In this document: one piece after another, positions 48,927 to 61,958 of the stretch
Layout: the number at the start of each line of letters is the position of its first letter
Position numbering within the stretch: the first letter of the stretch is position 1
NCBI GenBank assembly: GCA_965113315.1
Contig: OZ220369.1
Source of the DNA: Podarcis vaucheri
Taxonomy: Eukaryota
Strand: one strand, 5' to 3'
DNA: 64,000 nt
The notes under the pieces: model-generated
What the model was told of the DNA's origin: nothing
Database searches by the model: none
Seen by the model: only the letters and a program-made list of their open reading frames with translations
Program-made: the position numbers and the translations under genes

Positions 48927-49305
48927 CCGTATTTTTCGAACCATAGGACGCACCGGACAATAGGACGCACTTTGTTTTTTTTGGGGGGGGAGAAAAAAAA
49001 TTCTCCCCCTCTCTGCCCAGCGCCCCTTCAGTGAAGCGGCAGGAGGCGCTGCACAGAGAGGGGGAGAACTTTCCCCCTCTTGTTTTCCCGCTCTAAAACA
49101 AGGTGCCGTTTAAGCTGCTTTAGCCCCCCGCGCGCGCTCTCCCGGCTAGAGAGGTGACACGGGGATGTAGAGGTTCCTGCCATAGGAACATCTCCAGCCG
49201 GGAGAGGGTCACAGGGCTATGGCGTCTTTGCTCCATAGGACGCACACACATTTCCCCTTCATTTTTGAAGGGGAAAAAGTGCGTCCTATAGAGCGAAAAA
49301 TACGG
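48927..49305. mobile_element. pogo/Tigger-like MITE (379 bp), related to 6704 and 43996
   Basis: ccgtatttttcg...cgaaaaatacgg termini. Confidence 0.8.
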
Positions 49306-49923
49306 TGCATACTCTTCTCTCAAATGCCTTAATTTGTACTTTCCCTGAAGTGGGATTCACAATTAATCAACTATTTGAAGGCCAATACTTGTCATATAAC
49401 CTAAACTTCTTTTCAGTGTTGAGTGTTTAAGAAAAATAAAAGCAGTTTATTTCCCCCCCCCAGTTCAAAACAGATGTCTTGCTTTTTAAAACGATTAGGT
49501 TAATATTAAATAATCTGCATATAAGCATGTCAGTCATACAATTACTCTCTTAACCAAATCACCAAATATATTAAGTTAAATGAGGCTTTTTAATATAGAG
49601 AATCAATATGATCAATCCTAAAATTTAATTATTTATACCTACTAACATAGGCATTTCATTTTCGCCTCATGAAAATAAACTGCTTTAGTCTCTCTAGTAA
49701 CTACCAGGCCTTCGTTTGACCTAGGCATTTAACTTTTGTTGCTACAGAGTGCAGCAGAAAGGAGCACCACTGGAAAGAAGAAAAGACGAAAATGTCCAAT
49801 GCAATGGTTCCTGCATTTCCTCACAACGTGCTAGTCATAAGAAAGACATTGTTATGAACCTATTTTTAATACACCCCCCCAAAGGTAAAAAAGAGAAAAG
49901 TGCATAAAATGTGTAAAAAAAGT

Positions 49924-50298
49924 AAGGTAAAGGACCACTGAACAGTTAAGTCCAGTCAAAGATGACTATGGGGCGCAGCACTCATCTCACTATGCAGGCC
50001 AAGGGAGCCACTGTTTGTCCACAGACAGCTTTCCAGGTGACGCAGCCATCATGACTAAACCACTTCTGGTGCAATGGGACAATCCGATGGAAGCCAGAGC
50101 GCACGGAAATGCCATTTACCTTCCCGCCACAGCGGTACCTATTTATCTACTTGCACTGGTATGCTTTCGAACTGCTAGGTTGGCTGAAGCTGGGACAGAG
50201 CAATGGGAGCTCACCCCGTGGTGCGGATTCGAACCACCGACCTTCTGATCGGCTAGCCCTAGGCTCTGTGTTTTAACCTACAGCGCCATCCGCGTCCC
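49924..50298 (-). mobile_element. Sauria SINE, near full length
   Basis: Reverse complement of head, core and tail. Confidence 0.88.
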
Positions 50299-50307
50299 AT
50301 TCTCCTC

Positions 50308-50820
50308 CAGCTGAAGCTTGGCCGAAACTGAGTCATGCAACAGGACAATGATCCCAAGCACACCAGCAACTCTACAATAGAATGGCTGAAAAAGAAAATA
50401 ATCAAGGTGTTGAAATGGCCCAGTCAAAAGTCCAAACCTCAACCCAATTGAAATGCTGTGGCGGGACTTTAAGAGAGCTGTGCACTGACAAATGCCAGCA
50501 AACCTCAATGATCTGAAGCAACGTTATAAAGAAGAGTGGGCCAAAATTCCTCCACAATGATGAGAGACTGATGAAGTCATGCAGAAAACAATTACTTAAA
50601 GTTATTGCTGCTAAAGGTGGGTCTACAGTCATAGGGTATTCACATATGGCTTCTCCATTCCGGCTTTATTTTTGTTAAATAAATTATTACATGGTTTAAT
50701 ATGTCATGTTTTGTTCATCTGAGGTTGTATTTACCTAATTTTAAGATCTGCTAAGGAACAAATGATTATGTCCTGGTATGGACAATTCAAAGATGGTGAA
50801 CTTTCTTTTTCCCATGTTGG
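50308..50820 (+). mobile_element. Tc1 (DD34E) transposon relic: transposase C-terminus and right end
   Basis: [10 protein letters not shown]...[15 protein letters not shown]...EEWAKIP with stops and one frameshift; TIR-like end followed by TA. Confidence 0.88.
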
Positions 50821-52507
50821 TAGCCTGAGGAAGTACCATCCACCTTGGGCCTGCCTATAAAAAGAAAGTCTTCTAAAGTGAGAGACTAGGGCAATGTCCA
50901 CTGTTTCGAAGAACTCTTCTGGTTATGAGATTTTTGTGGGTGAACTAAGAGTTTGTTTTGGACCCTGGGTGAGAACTCAAGAGGCTGTTAGGGAGGATGT
51001 CAGAAGGAAAATGAAATGATATTGATATATATTAGTAACTTTGTATTGTGATATTTTTATACGTAACTATTTTTGTAATATTATAAAGTTGTCACTTCAG
51101 TTTTCTGTACAATGCTTTAATATATTTTTAATATATTAAGCGGTCCAGATACTGTGCAAGCAAGCAAGCAAGCAAACAAACAAACAAACGGTCCAAAGGG
51201 CTGAGGAAGGCAATAGTGCTGCAAAACGGAAAATGGTGATGGTTGAGAAGAGTGCTGATATAGTACAGAGGTTAAAAGGCAATAAACAAGCCACTAGTAG
51301 TTCAGCCACAACCCTTATCTGCAACATGAAGGTAATACAGATCTCATTTACAGAGTTAGTCTCTAAGAATTATTCATGTTATTTAGAAAATATAAATATG
51401 TCCCTTTAGTATTTATTGCCAGAGTGGCTGACAAATTATAATAATAGAATAAGCTACCAAAACAAACAGCAGACAGCGTAATAAAATAGTTGGTTAACAG
51501 AATTAGCAAAATTCATACGGTATTTCATAACACAAAATAAAAATATAAAAGGTCCTGACAGTGTACCAATAACGGTGCAGAACTGAAAAGCCCCCCCTCT
51601 ATGGCCATGACCTGCCTCACCCTCAAAAGGTGGGGGCACCCAGAAAAGATCATTACATTAATAAACAAGCAGTAGGGGACACTTCCCTGCCATTCCATTG
51701 GGGAAGCCCCAGTTAATAACTGACCAACTACATTTTGAACTACAGAAACACCTTCCATTGTTGGTTGAATACTGCTAGAGAGAGGGAGAGATGAAAGATG
51801 AGGGTCTGCTCTACTTATGAAGTGAAATGAGGCCTCTGTCAGTCAGAGCTACAAGTGGATAACACTGTATCATTTTTGAATGCTGCTGCATATTTTGTTT
51901 TTAAACTGCAAGTAAAAAAATCAATTACTGTACCCAAACCTAACTATGGGCAACAAATTTAACCTGACATTCTTCCTCCGTTTACTCCTGCCTTCCATCC
52001 CCTTCACCCACTGGCTCTCTATCAGAAAACATAGTCTGTTTACTAGTGTAGTAGCCACAGGAGATCAAAAAGTGCAAGTAGGTGAATGGAATTCCATGCA
52101 AATAAGGAGTGGGCTAGCAAGGAAGAGATGGAGAGCCCTGTCATAGGAACACAGGCTAGCACCTTATATAGTCAGACCACTGGTTCACTTAGCTCAGTAC
52201 TGTCTACACCACAGGTCTTCAACTGGTGTGTCAGGACCCTAGTGGTTTATGGCCTAATTCAAGATGGGTCACAACAGTAGCACTGCCACCCTGCAAATAT
52301 ATTGGAAAAGATTAAGAAATTGGTCCCCAAAGGCATGTTTGAGATAAAAGTGGGTCCTGGGTCTTAAAAGTTTGAGGATACCTGGCCAATACTGACTGGC
52401 AGTTGCTTTCTAGGGTTTCAGAGGCTCCTCCTCTGTGCTCACTATAGAAACCAAGGAGGCTCTCAAAAGGAAAACCTCCTCCAATGTATTCAGCACAGAA
52501 ATGAAGC

Positions 52508-52981
52508 TGTCCATGGGGTTATGAGGGGTTTTTTTGGGGGGGGTAGGTTGCACGCCCCACTAAAGATGGGCCCTTAAGGGAACAAAGGGAATGGCTCTGT
52601 GCCAGAGGGGAAATGGGGGGGGGACTACCTCCCTCAACTGTCTCTTTCTTAGAAAGACAAAAGGCCAGAGTTGAGAGTGGAGTTATGTGAGCTTAGAAAC
52701 TGGATGCAAAAGCTGTAAACTGGAAAGGCAGAGAGAGAGAGCCATGTCTAATTTCTACCCGTAGGCTGTGGCTATGGGAGAAGCAGGACTTTCTTGGGAT
52801 GTTAATGCTATGAACCCCTCCATCATAGGCTCAGGTTGTATATTTGCGTAAATAAACCACAAAGCATAAAGATGCCACTGTCTCTGCTGTTCCTCACTCC
52901 AAAAGGAAACACAAACTCTGAATAAGCATCTGGAACCCCTAGAATCTCACACCACTCACGAGATTGGAGAGGTATGCCACA
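52508..52981 (+). mobile_element. Possible solo LTR
   Basis: tgt...aca ends with AATAAA near the 3' end; no TSD confirmed. Confidence 0.35.
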
Positions 52982-54049
52982 AAACTTTATCTGCAAACCC
53001 TCAGGCAGGCCTATAAGACATTCTAGTCACTTCTTTAAGTTCCCTGGGGACCAGAGACTTGTAATCCTGCCTATGGAGCATACAGTGCTACAGAGATAAT
53101 AACCAGTGCAAGGATTCTAGCTATGCACACACTCGTTGTACTGCTATCAGCTGTTCTGTTTTTCACAAGGAAATGTTTTTTCAAATCTGAAATGGAGACT
53201 AGATTCTATTCTAGAACCGGGAGGTGTAGGTTCCAATCCACACACTCCATCAAGCTTCACTGAGCGATCTTCAGCCAGTCACACTACATGCACCCCAGGC
53301 TCTCTCTCTCTGAGCCCAGTTGTTGTGGACAAAATGAGTGTGCTGTGTGGGGGTGGGAGAACCATATCTGCTGCCCTGAGATCCTTTCAAGAACAGCAGA
53401 ATAAAATACTGTATCTATACTAACAGTCATTAACACAAAAGAGCCTGCTGGATCAGGCCAAAGTGGGCCCATCCAGTCCAGCAGCTTGTTCTCACAGTTG
53501 CTAACCAGATGCCTCTTTTGGGAAACCCACAAGCAGGATTCAAGCAAAAGAGCAACTCTCCCTTCCTGTGGTTTCCTGCAATGGGCATTCAGAAGCACTG
53601 CTGCCTCCAACTGGGGAGGCAGAGCATGGGCTGGTTAATAGCCATCTATTGCCATCACCTCCCAGAATTTGCCCCCTCTTTTAAAGCCATTTAGGTTGGT
53701 GGCCCTCAGTGCCTCCTGCGGGAACGAGTTCCATTGTGCCAACATTAGGCTTCACTGGCTGTACATGAGCTCCTCTCCGTGTTGAGAGAGGGGGGAAACT
53801 TCCCTCGGTCCGCTTTCTCCACGCCACGCTTCTTTCCTTCTCCTTTCCGCCACAAAGCTTAAAAGGCTCAAACGCTGCAACCTTTCTGGGGGGGGGGGTG
53901 TCGCTCCACCCTCTTGATCATTTTGGTTGCCCTTTTCCATCCTTTCTCGAGTTGAGGCGAGCAGAACTGTGCACCAGAGTCCAACTGCGTTCGCCCCATA
54001 AGATCCATCTAACAGTATTTGTGGTACTAGCGATTTTCAACACAGAAGC

Positions 54050-54860
54050 TCGCCCCGCTGCCTGAGAGGAGAAAAGGCCAAGGCCACCCCCCCCAAAAAA
54101 AAATAGTAATTCAAGAGGGGCGAATGCTTCCCCCTTCGCCTCCCCCCGCCCCGGCTTTTATGGGGAGCCGAGGGGTTTTATTCGCCCGCACAAAAGGAGA
54201 GAGAGAGGCAGCGGGGGAGGGGAAGGCGGGAGGGAGGGGGCGCAACGTGGCTCGACCCCTCCCCCTCACAATAGGCCTCCTCACAGCCTCCCTGCCGGCC
54301 CAACTCACAGCGTCTTGGGCATTTCGTCCTCCATGGCGGCGGCGGCGGTTCCTCTCCCTCCTCAGCCCTCCAGCCAGGCCTGGTCACAACCGCGCCCGGC
54401 TCGCCGCAGGCCAAATCCGCGCGCGAGTGCGGCGGGGGTGCGGGGCGGGAGGCCTCCGGGGAGCCCCGACGACGGCGCGGCGGACAACAAATCCGCCGCT
54501 GGCCTCTCAAGATGGCGCTGGTGGGCAAAGAGAGGGCCCGGGCCGGCCGACGGAAAGGACCGTCGGCGCATGCGCCGCAAGAAGGCAACCGCGGCGCCGC
54601 CGACAAACGCGCACGCGCGCTGGCGCCTCCTCGCCAACCGCGGCCGCTCTCTCGCGCCCGACGTAATCCTCCGCCGGCCTCTTTGCAGCTTCTTCTCCTT
54701 TCTCTTGCTTACTCTCGCGAGATTTCTAAGCCAGTCCGTGCGTGTTAAGTACGGTTTAAATCTTAGGAAAGCTTAACCCTCAGCCCCACGCGCGCAAATC
54801 CGGCTTCACGTCTCCTGTACAAATAAAAATAAATTCGACTCCGCACGCCCCCCCGCCAAA
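54050..54860 (-). promoter_or_regulatory. TIA1 CpG-island promoter
   Basis: YY1-type caagatggcg at 54508-54517; NRF1 gcgcatgcgc at 54566-54575; BANP/ZBTB33-type TCTCGCGAGA at 54713-54722. Confidence 0.85.
54309..54334 (-). CDS. TIA1: TIA1 exon 1 coding part (MEDEMPKTL)
   Basis: gccgccATGG Kozak context; gtgagt donor. Confidence 0.95.
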
Positions 54861-54942
54861 CTAGTGGTATACTAAATAATAATATTGCTTTGACTAGTTG
54901 TGGTGGTTGCTTGTTTTTGTGTTTTTTTACACAAAATGCTTT

Positions 54943-55013
54943 TGCGCCGCCCGGGAATCGAACCCGGGTCGCAAGAATGGGAATCTTGCATGATACCACT
55001 ACACCAGCGGCGC
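54943..55013 (-). tRNA. tRNA-Gly-CCC: tRNA-Gly (anticodon CCC)
   Basis: GCGCCGCTGGTGTAGTGGTATCATGCAAGATTCCCATTCTTGCGACCCGGGTTCGATTCCCGGGCGGCGCA, 71 nt, intact cloverleaf with A and B boxes; TTTT at 54933-54936. Confidence 0.98.
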
Positions 55014-56242
55014 TGACGAGAAGGTGCGTGGGAAATAGATCTTAGGAAGCAAATCATTTAACAACAAATCACAGGTATGCAGAGGAACGGTGAAGGACAC
55101 TAGCCACTCTCTTGCCAATACTAACCCTTCTGAGCATGAGGCTGCGTCTGAATAGTGCGTTCAGTTGTACCTGGGAATAAACCCCGCTGAATTAAATGGG
55201 ACTGACTTCAGAGCAGACATCTGCAATCTTACATTTGGAGTAAGATCCAGGGGGGTCTCACCCCCCCCCAAATGAGGAAAACAGTGTTTATCTGGTTCTT
55301 TGATTATTTGCAAAATGCATACAGTACTTTTTATGCAAATCCAGTGGCAGAAGCTCTCTGTGCAGCTTCCACTGACAATCAAAACAAAGGAATGCAAAGC
55401 AAGGTAAAAGACTATGAAATTAAGACCAGCATAAAATCCAATACTGTACACTTTTCAAAAACAGCATGAGACGAGCACAGAAAATTAAACTAGTACAAGG
55501 AAACTTTGAGTAGCACCCAAAGGAAATAAATCTTAAAATTCTAAGAATACCCAGAATATTCTGAAATCACTAAGTTTTCCCCATTCATTTCAGTAGGTTT
55601 CATTGGCTGCCTGTACATAAGGCTTAGTAGAACAGTGAACATTACTAATAGCCACTATGGTTCATCTTTTTCAACCTTTTTTTCACTGAGTGTGCAGAGT
55701 AGTTTAATATATGACAGCAATCTCCATTGCAAGCACACACTAAATATTTTAAATTTTCAAAATGTGCCAAGGGCTGCAACCCTATGCAGAAGTGGGGTCT
55801 TGCAGGGCTGAAGAAGAATTGGTGATACGGAGCTTCAAATCTGTATTCAGCCATCAAGTTCACAAGGAGGACTTGGGGCCAGTTGCTAAGTTTCTTTTTT
55901 TAAAAAAAAATCGTATTTATTGAAATTTCCAAAACTCAAAAAAGAAAGAACAAAAGAAAAAGAAAAAACATTTACATTTAAAACCTTACTTTCATTAACA
56001 TCTTTCCAGGACTTCCCCATCCCTCCCCCTGTTGTATTCCCCTTCCATTAATTTAGTTCCACAAGTTCTTACCCCAAATTTAAAACTTATTATGTTTAAC
56101 CCAATATTCAATTTAGTTCATCTTATATAACCACTTTCCCTTTGAATTCCACCATCCTTCATCATTAAAAAAAAAAATTCCCCAAGGTCCACCCCAATTC
56201 CCTTCCACGAATTCCCTTTTTTAATAAACACATCAAAACATG

Positions 56243-56451
56243 TAGAATCATAGAATCATAGAGTTGGAAGAGACCACAAGGGCCATCGAGTCCAACCCCC
56301 TGCCAAGCAGGAAACACCATCAGAGCACTCCTGACATATGGTTGTCAAGCCTCTGCTTAAAGACCTCCAAAGTAGGAGACTCCACCACACTCCTTGGCAG
56401 CAAATTCCACTGTCGAATAGCTCTTACTGTCAGGAAGTTCTTCCTAATGTT
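56243..56451 (-). mobile_element. Young CR1 3' end, about 200 bp
   Basis: (tagaatca)n tail; near-identical to the copy at 61505. Confidence 0.85.
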
Positions 56452-57538
56452 AGATAGACTAATGTCCATCAGTCTATCTGCTATCAGCCTGGAGATCTCA
56501 CGTCCATGACCGAATCTTTCTCAGCTCCACTTTGCCGGTTTTCTTGGTAGTCTTTAGCTTCAGACGCCCAATCTTAGAGAAGCCCTATCTCACAAAGGTC
56601 CATTTTTCTTCCATCCAGACCTCCATATTTTAAAAAAATAAAGCTCAAATTCTGTTTCTTAATCCTTTTGAGTCTGAATGTCCCAAATGCTCTGACTTCC
56701 CACTTAGTCCACCAGTTGCTAAGTTTCAGTCTAGCCCGGCCTAGCCTATAGGGTTGTTGTGGGTAAAAAGGATGGGGGAGGGCAAGCCAAGAATGGTGCC
56801 TTGAGCACAGGATAAATTCAACTGAGATGTCCCCAGTATATGTGTGTGTCTCCATTTCATCAAACCCAGGGGAGATAGATGTGTAGTTCTGGTCCCCTCA
56901 TCTGAAAAAGGATATTGTCGAGCTGGGAAGGGGTTTGAAAAACGGCAACCAAAATAGCCAAAGGGATGAAGCAGCTCCCCTAGGAAGAAAGTCTGTTCCG
57001 CCTGGCCTTTGGTTTATACTCGGTCTGACCCTTATGTTTCCCTCCCCTTATGGTCTTGATTTATCAGCTATTTTAAAATGAGGCTGCATTTTAAATTTCA
57101 TTTTAACCTGTATTTTAAATTGGTTTGTTTTTTTCCTCCCTCTTTTCCCCCTGTTATGTTTTACTGTTATTTTATTTTATTGGTGTTAGCCACCCTGAGC
57201 CCGGCTTTTCTTCTTCTTCTTCTTCTTCTTATTATTATTATTATTATTAAAGAAAAAGGCAAGTAATGTAAGAGGTGAAATGATAGAAGCTTATCAAATT
57301 AAACACAACATGTAAAAAACAGGAAGAGAAAAGTTTCTCTCCCTTTTTGTCATGGGCATCCAATGAAGCTGAATGTTGGAAGGTTCAGGACGCCTAAAAG
57401 AAAGTCCTTGAGCAGCACACCGTTGATAATAATAATAATAAATTTATTTATTATTTATTATTATTATTTATTATTATTATTTCCCCAGCCACTCTGGGCG
57501 GCTTCCAACAGAACACTAAAATACAGTAACCTATTAAA

Positions 57539-57586
<48 letters not shown>

Positions 57587-58256
57587 GATCTGGGGAACTC
57601 GCTTCCGCAGGAGGCAGCGCCGATGGCCACCAACTTGGATGGCTTTAAAAGAGGATTAGACCAATTGGTGGAGGCTCTTCTTCCTGGTGGCTGTGCTCTG
57701 CCTCCAGGGTCTGGATCCCAGGAGGGGAGATTCCGAAGAGTTGCTCTCGTGCTCGCAGGGTTTCCCTTGGGAACATCTGGCTGGGCATCCAGCATCCAGG
57801 CTCTCCTTATGGAGCCTCCGGGCCCAGAGGCAGTCTACCTGGACCCCTAGGTCCTTGCAGGTATTTGGCCAACTGAGAGAACAGGAGGCTGGACTAGATG
57901 CGCCACAGCGGGCGCTCTAAGGGTGATGAGTGAGCCAGCCGAGATGAAGCTCCTCGTCCAGAGGCAGTCTACCCGCAAAGAGCAGATGCTTGTGTTGTAA
58001 ACAAAAATTGCCCTCTTCCCTTATGGGGTATCCAAGAGCCCATATAGAGTCCTTACATAGGTTCCCTATTGGTAGGAGAGAATAACAGAGGCCAACCAGA
58101 AAATATTGAGAAGCAAAGCAGCTAGTAAGCCTGATCTTTATTGATCTGTTGCAACAGGGTGCTCCCCTCACCCACAGGAAAGAAGGAGGAACCCAGAACA
58201 ATGGCGCACAAGGCTATATAGAGACATTTGAAATTGCCACCCTGTAGATCAAGACC

Positions 58257-58709
58257 GTCTAGTTCAAGCTCTGGTTTTCCCAGTAGTGATGTATGGAAGT
58301 GAGAGCTGCACCATCAAGAAGGCTGATCGCCGAAGAATGGATGCTTTTGAATTCTGGTGCTGGAGGAGACTCTTGAGAGTCCCATGGACTGCAAGAAGAT
58401 CCAACCTATCCATTCTGAAGGAAATCAGCCCTGAGTGCTCACTGGAAGGACAGATCCTGAAGCTGAGGCTCCAAGACTTTGGCCACCTCAGGAGAAGAGA
58501 AGACTCCCTGGAAAAGACCCTGATGTTGGGAAAGATGGAGGGCACAAGGAGAAGGGGACGACAGAGGACGAGATGGTTGGATGGTGTTCTTGAAGCTCCC
58601 AGCATGAGTTTGACCAAACTGCGGGAGGCAGTGGAAGACAGGAGTGCCTGGCGTGCTCTGGTCCATGGGGTCACGAAGAGTCGGACACGACAAAACGACT
58701 CAACAACAA
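58257..58709 (+). mobile_element. BovB (RTE) LINE 3' fragment immediately upstream of PCYOX1
   Basis: MYGSESCTIKKADRRRMDAFEFWCWRRLLRVPWTARRSN...; (CAA)n tail; TSD caagacc at 58250-58256 and 58710-58716. Confidence 0.92.
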
Positions 58710-58739
58710 CAAGACCTCCAAATTCCTATCACACTTGGC

Positions 58740-59230
58740 GGCAGGGAGCCACCCCTTGCGGGCTTTCCTTCCGCGGGGCGGGCGGGAGGCTCCTGGCCGG
58801 CTCGCGTTGCCAGAGGAATCCTCCCGGCGCAGCAGCAGTCTACCCTTCTGGCCCGCGCCGCCTCCGGTTTCCGCCGCCGCCCAGAGGCCGCGGGGCGGGG
58901 CGCGGGCCCAGAAGAGTCCCTCCCTCCCCGCTTCCCTCCTTCCTTCTTTCCCGAGCAGCCGCCGCCATGGCCGCCCGCTGCCTGCTCCGCGCCCTGCCGC
59001 TCCTGGCCGCCCTGTGGCAGGGAGTCGCGCGGGGGAACCAGGAGCTGCGCCCCCCGCCCGCCAGGATAGGTAGGGAGTGGCGGAGGGGGGCTGGGGCCGG
59101 AGGAAAGGAAGGGTCGGGGGGGGGGAGGGACCCTCTGCCGCCTCGTTACTTTTCGGCCAGGGGCTTAAGGGCAAAGACGCCAACGCGCACATATTTGCAA
59201 TTGCACCTACGCGCGCACTCGTGCATTGAT
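58740..59230 (+). promoter_or_regulatory. PCYOX1 CpG-island promoter
   Basis: CpG-rich with GC boxes (ggggcggggc) upstream of a Kozak ATG. Confidence 0.75.
58967..59069 (+). CDS. PCYOX1: PCYOX1 (prenylcysteine oxidase 1) exon 1, signal peptide MAARCLLRALPLLAALWQGVARG...PPPARI
   Basis: gccgccATGG; hydrophobic leader; phase-1 gtagg donor. Confidence 0.88.
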
Positions 59231-60296
59231 GCAAAGGTGCCTTGGAGCATGTGCAGAGCGCTCAGCTTCCAGCGTGCTACACGCATAGAGGAAAGGCGCT
59301 CTGCATCTCACCTTTAGGATCTTAGTTGCAATAGTCTTTGTTTTTGAAGTTGGTGTTCCCCACACGGATTTTGACAAAGATGAGACACAACAGAGTCGTC
59401 CCTTCATTTCAAAGGGGGCTGGCTCCCTGGCCCCACATCCGTCCTTTGAGGTGGATCTGCTTTCAGGAACACCCAACTAAGTTTGGAAACTGAGTTTGAG
59501 ATCCTGAGATAGATCTTGCGGAGAACTTAAAGCGGATGCAAATTCTCTGCCCTGTGTCCCATTGTGATAGGAAAAGCTCTGTGGAGTGAATTTTCACATC
59601 CATGCAAATCTTTGGACATTCAGCAGACATCGCTTCAGCATCTCATTAATGCAGACTAAATACCACCTTTAAAATTCTAGTTTCCTTACTAGGAGACCAT
59701 GGGCAAAAAGGAGAGGCCTTTTTATTGGGCCATGGCAACCAGCAGAAAATAGGGAAGTGGGTTTTTCTCCGCCCCCCCTCCTCCTCCTGAGCCTGGCACC
59801 ATGTACTTGGGAGTTCACCCTTTGAGGAAATTCAATTCCCAATAACTGTGAGCTGCTACGTGTGCTTGTGCAGACATGCATTTCACATGAAACTTCAATT
59901 ACGATAGGTGTAAAGTTAAAAATCGTCTTGAAGCAAATAATGCTTCACCACACAAAGTTCCGCCAGCCCTATTGGGACATGACTTTCTGTGCGCCATCGA
60001 CTCATGGGCTTGTGAAACATGTGCTGACCCTGGTTGGAAACCCACATGTGGCTTTTTGAAACAAGCTAGTCCAGTTTTTCCTTTAGAAAATGCTTACACC
60101 AAACTGCTTACACCAGTTGGACAACTTATAATAATAATATAATAATAATTTATTATTTATACTCCGCCCATCTAGCTGGGTTTCCCCAGCCACTCTGGGC
60201 GGCTTCCAAAAGAATATTAAAATACTGTGATACATCAAGCATGTATATAGGAGGAAGAAATGCACTTGCAAATAAAAGATTCTAAATGCTATGTAC

Positions 60297-60338
<42 letters not shown>

Positions 60339-61504
60339 TTCTCCAGCCACTCTGGGCAGCTTCCAACAAAATATTAAAATACAATAGTCCATCAAAAATT
60401 AAAAGCTTCCCTAAACAGGGCTGCCTTCAGATGTCTTCTAAACGTCTGGTAGTTGTTTTTCTCTTTGACATCTGGTGGAGACGCTCCTTCGGGTATATTG
60501 GACCAAGGCCGTTCTAAACCCTGATGGGTCAGTCTCAGCTTATGTGAGCAAGTGTTGAATGGAAGTCGTGCACCAGTGCACACTGTCCATGTGACATTCC
60601 AGTCTCCTCCTCCAGTTGGAGGGGCTGTGGAGAAAGAGGCGCCCTCCTCCACGGGACTGCCCACAAGTATCCAAATTCTGGACAGCGGCTTGGTCAACAA
60701 ATGACCAAATTACTCAAACACCCCTTTCCAACTTCACGCCAGCTTTGTTTACTAAATCTATGAGATGATCAACGGAAAGGTTTCAGCTCTCAGTATACCT
60801 GAAGGAGCGTCTCCAACCACATCGTTCAGCTCAGACACTGAGGTCCAGCGCCGAGGGCCTTCTGCAAGAATTGAAGCTACAGGGGACCAGGCAGAGGGCC
60901 TTCTCGGTGGTGGCACCTGCCCTGTGGAATACCCTCCCATCAGATGCCAAGGAAATAAACAACTATCTGACTTTTAGAAGACATCTGAAGGCAGTCCTGT
61001 TTAGGGAAGTTTTATCGTTTTTCGCTCAGAGTGACTGAGGAAACCCAGCCAGATGGGCGGGGTATAAATAATAAATTATTATTATTACTTCCAGGAACTC
61101 CTGGAACATACCTTTATGGTAGATTGGTAATGCTCCTAAATGGTATGCAAGTTTTTCACAGTGATCACACAGTGCTCTTGGCATCAAAATGCCAGCCTGC
61201 ACCCCTCCCCCTGCTATTTAATCTAGATCTACGTTTTCCCGTGAAATATCCACTAAGTTTTTTTTAAAAAACAACAACAAACAAACTGTTGCCAGAGACC
61301 TTTTAATCCGTTCTGGAGGTCCGTTCATAAACCAAAACAGGTTGTAACCCAAGGCACACTTTCGCCAATGGGGCCTACAAAAAAAAATGTTCGTAATCAA
61401 AAAAAAAAGGGGGGGGTTGTAGTCCAAAAAAAGTTCGCAAACCGAGACACGCACTTCTGGGTTTGACTTGTTTGTAATCCAAAACGTATGCAAACCAGAC
61501 TGTT

Positions 61505-61958
61505 CATAGAATCATAGAGTTGGAAGAGACCACAAGGGCCATCGAGTCCAACCACCTGCCAAGCAGGAAACACCATCAGAGCACTCCTGACATATGGTTG
61601 TCAAGCCTCTGCTTAAAGACCTCCAAAGTAGGAGACTCCACCACACTCCTTGGCAGCAAATTCCACTGTCAAACAGCTCTTACTGTCAGGAAGTTCTTCC
61701 TAATGTTTAGGTGGAATCTTCTTTCTTGTAGTTTGGATCCATTGCTCCGTGTCCGCTTCTCTGGAGCAGCAGAAAACAACCTTTCTCCCTCCTCTATGTG
61801 ACATCCTTTTATATATTTGAACATGGCTATCATATCACCCCTTAACCTCCTCTTCTCCAGGCTACTAAACATGCCCAGCTCCCTTAGCCGTTCCTCATAA
61901 GGCATCGTTTCCAGGCCTTTGACCATTTTGGTTGCCCTCCTCTGGACACGTTCCAGTT
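61505..61958 (-). mobile_element. Young CR1 3' fragment inserted in a Tigger-like MITE (host ends ggtaccactg-TA at about 61982)
   Basis: ORF 61669-61980 encodes [31 protein letters not shown]... Confidence 0.88.

Noticed and set aside
54111-54776. Long ORFs on both strands
   Set aside because: Artefacts of the TIA1 CpG island; only 54309-54334 is supported as coding.
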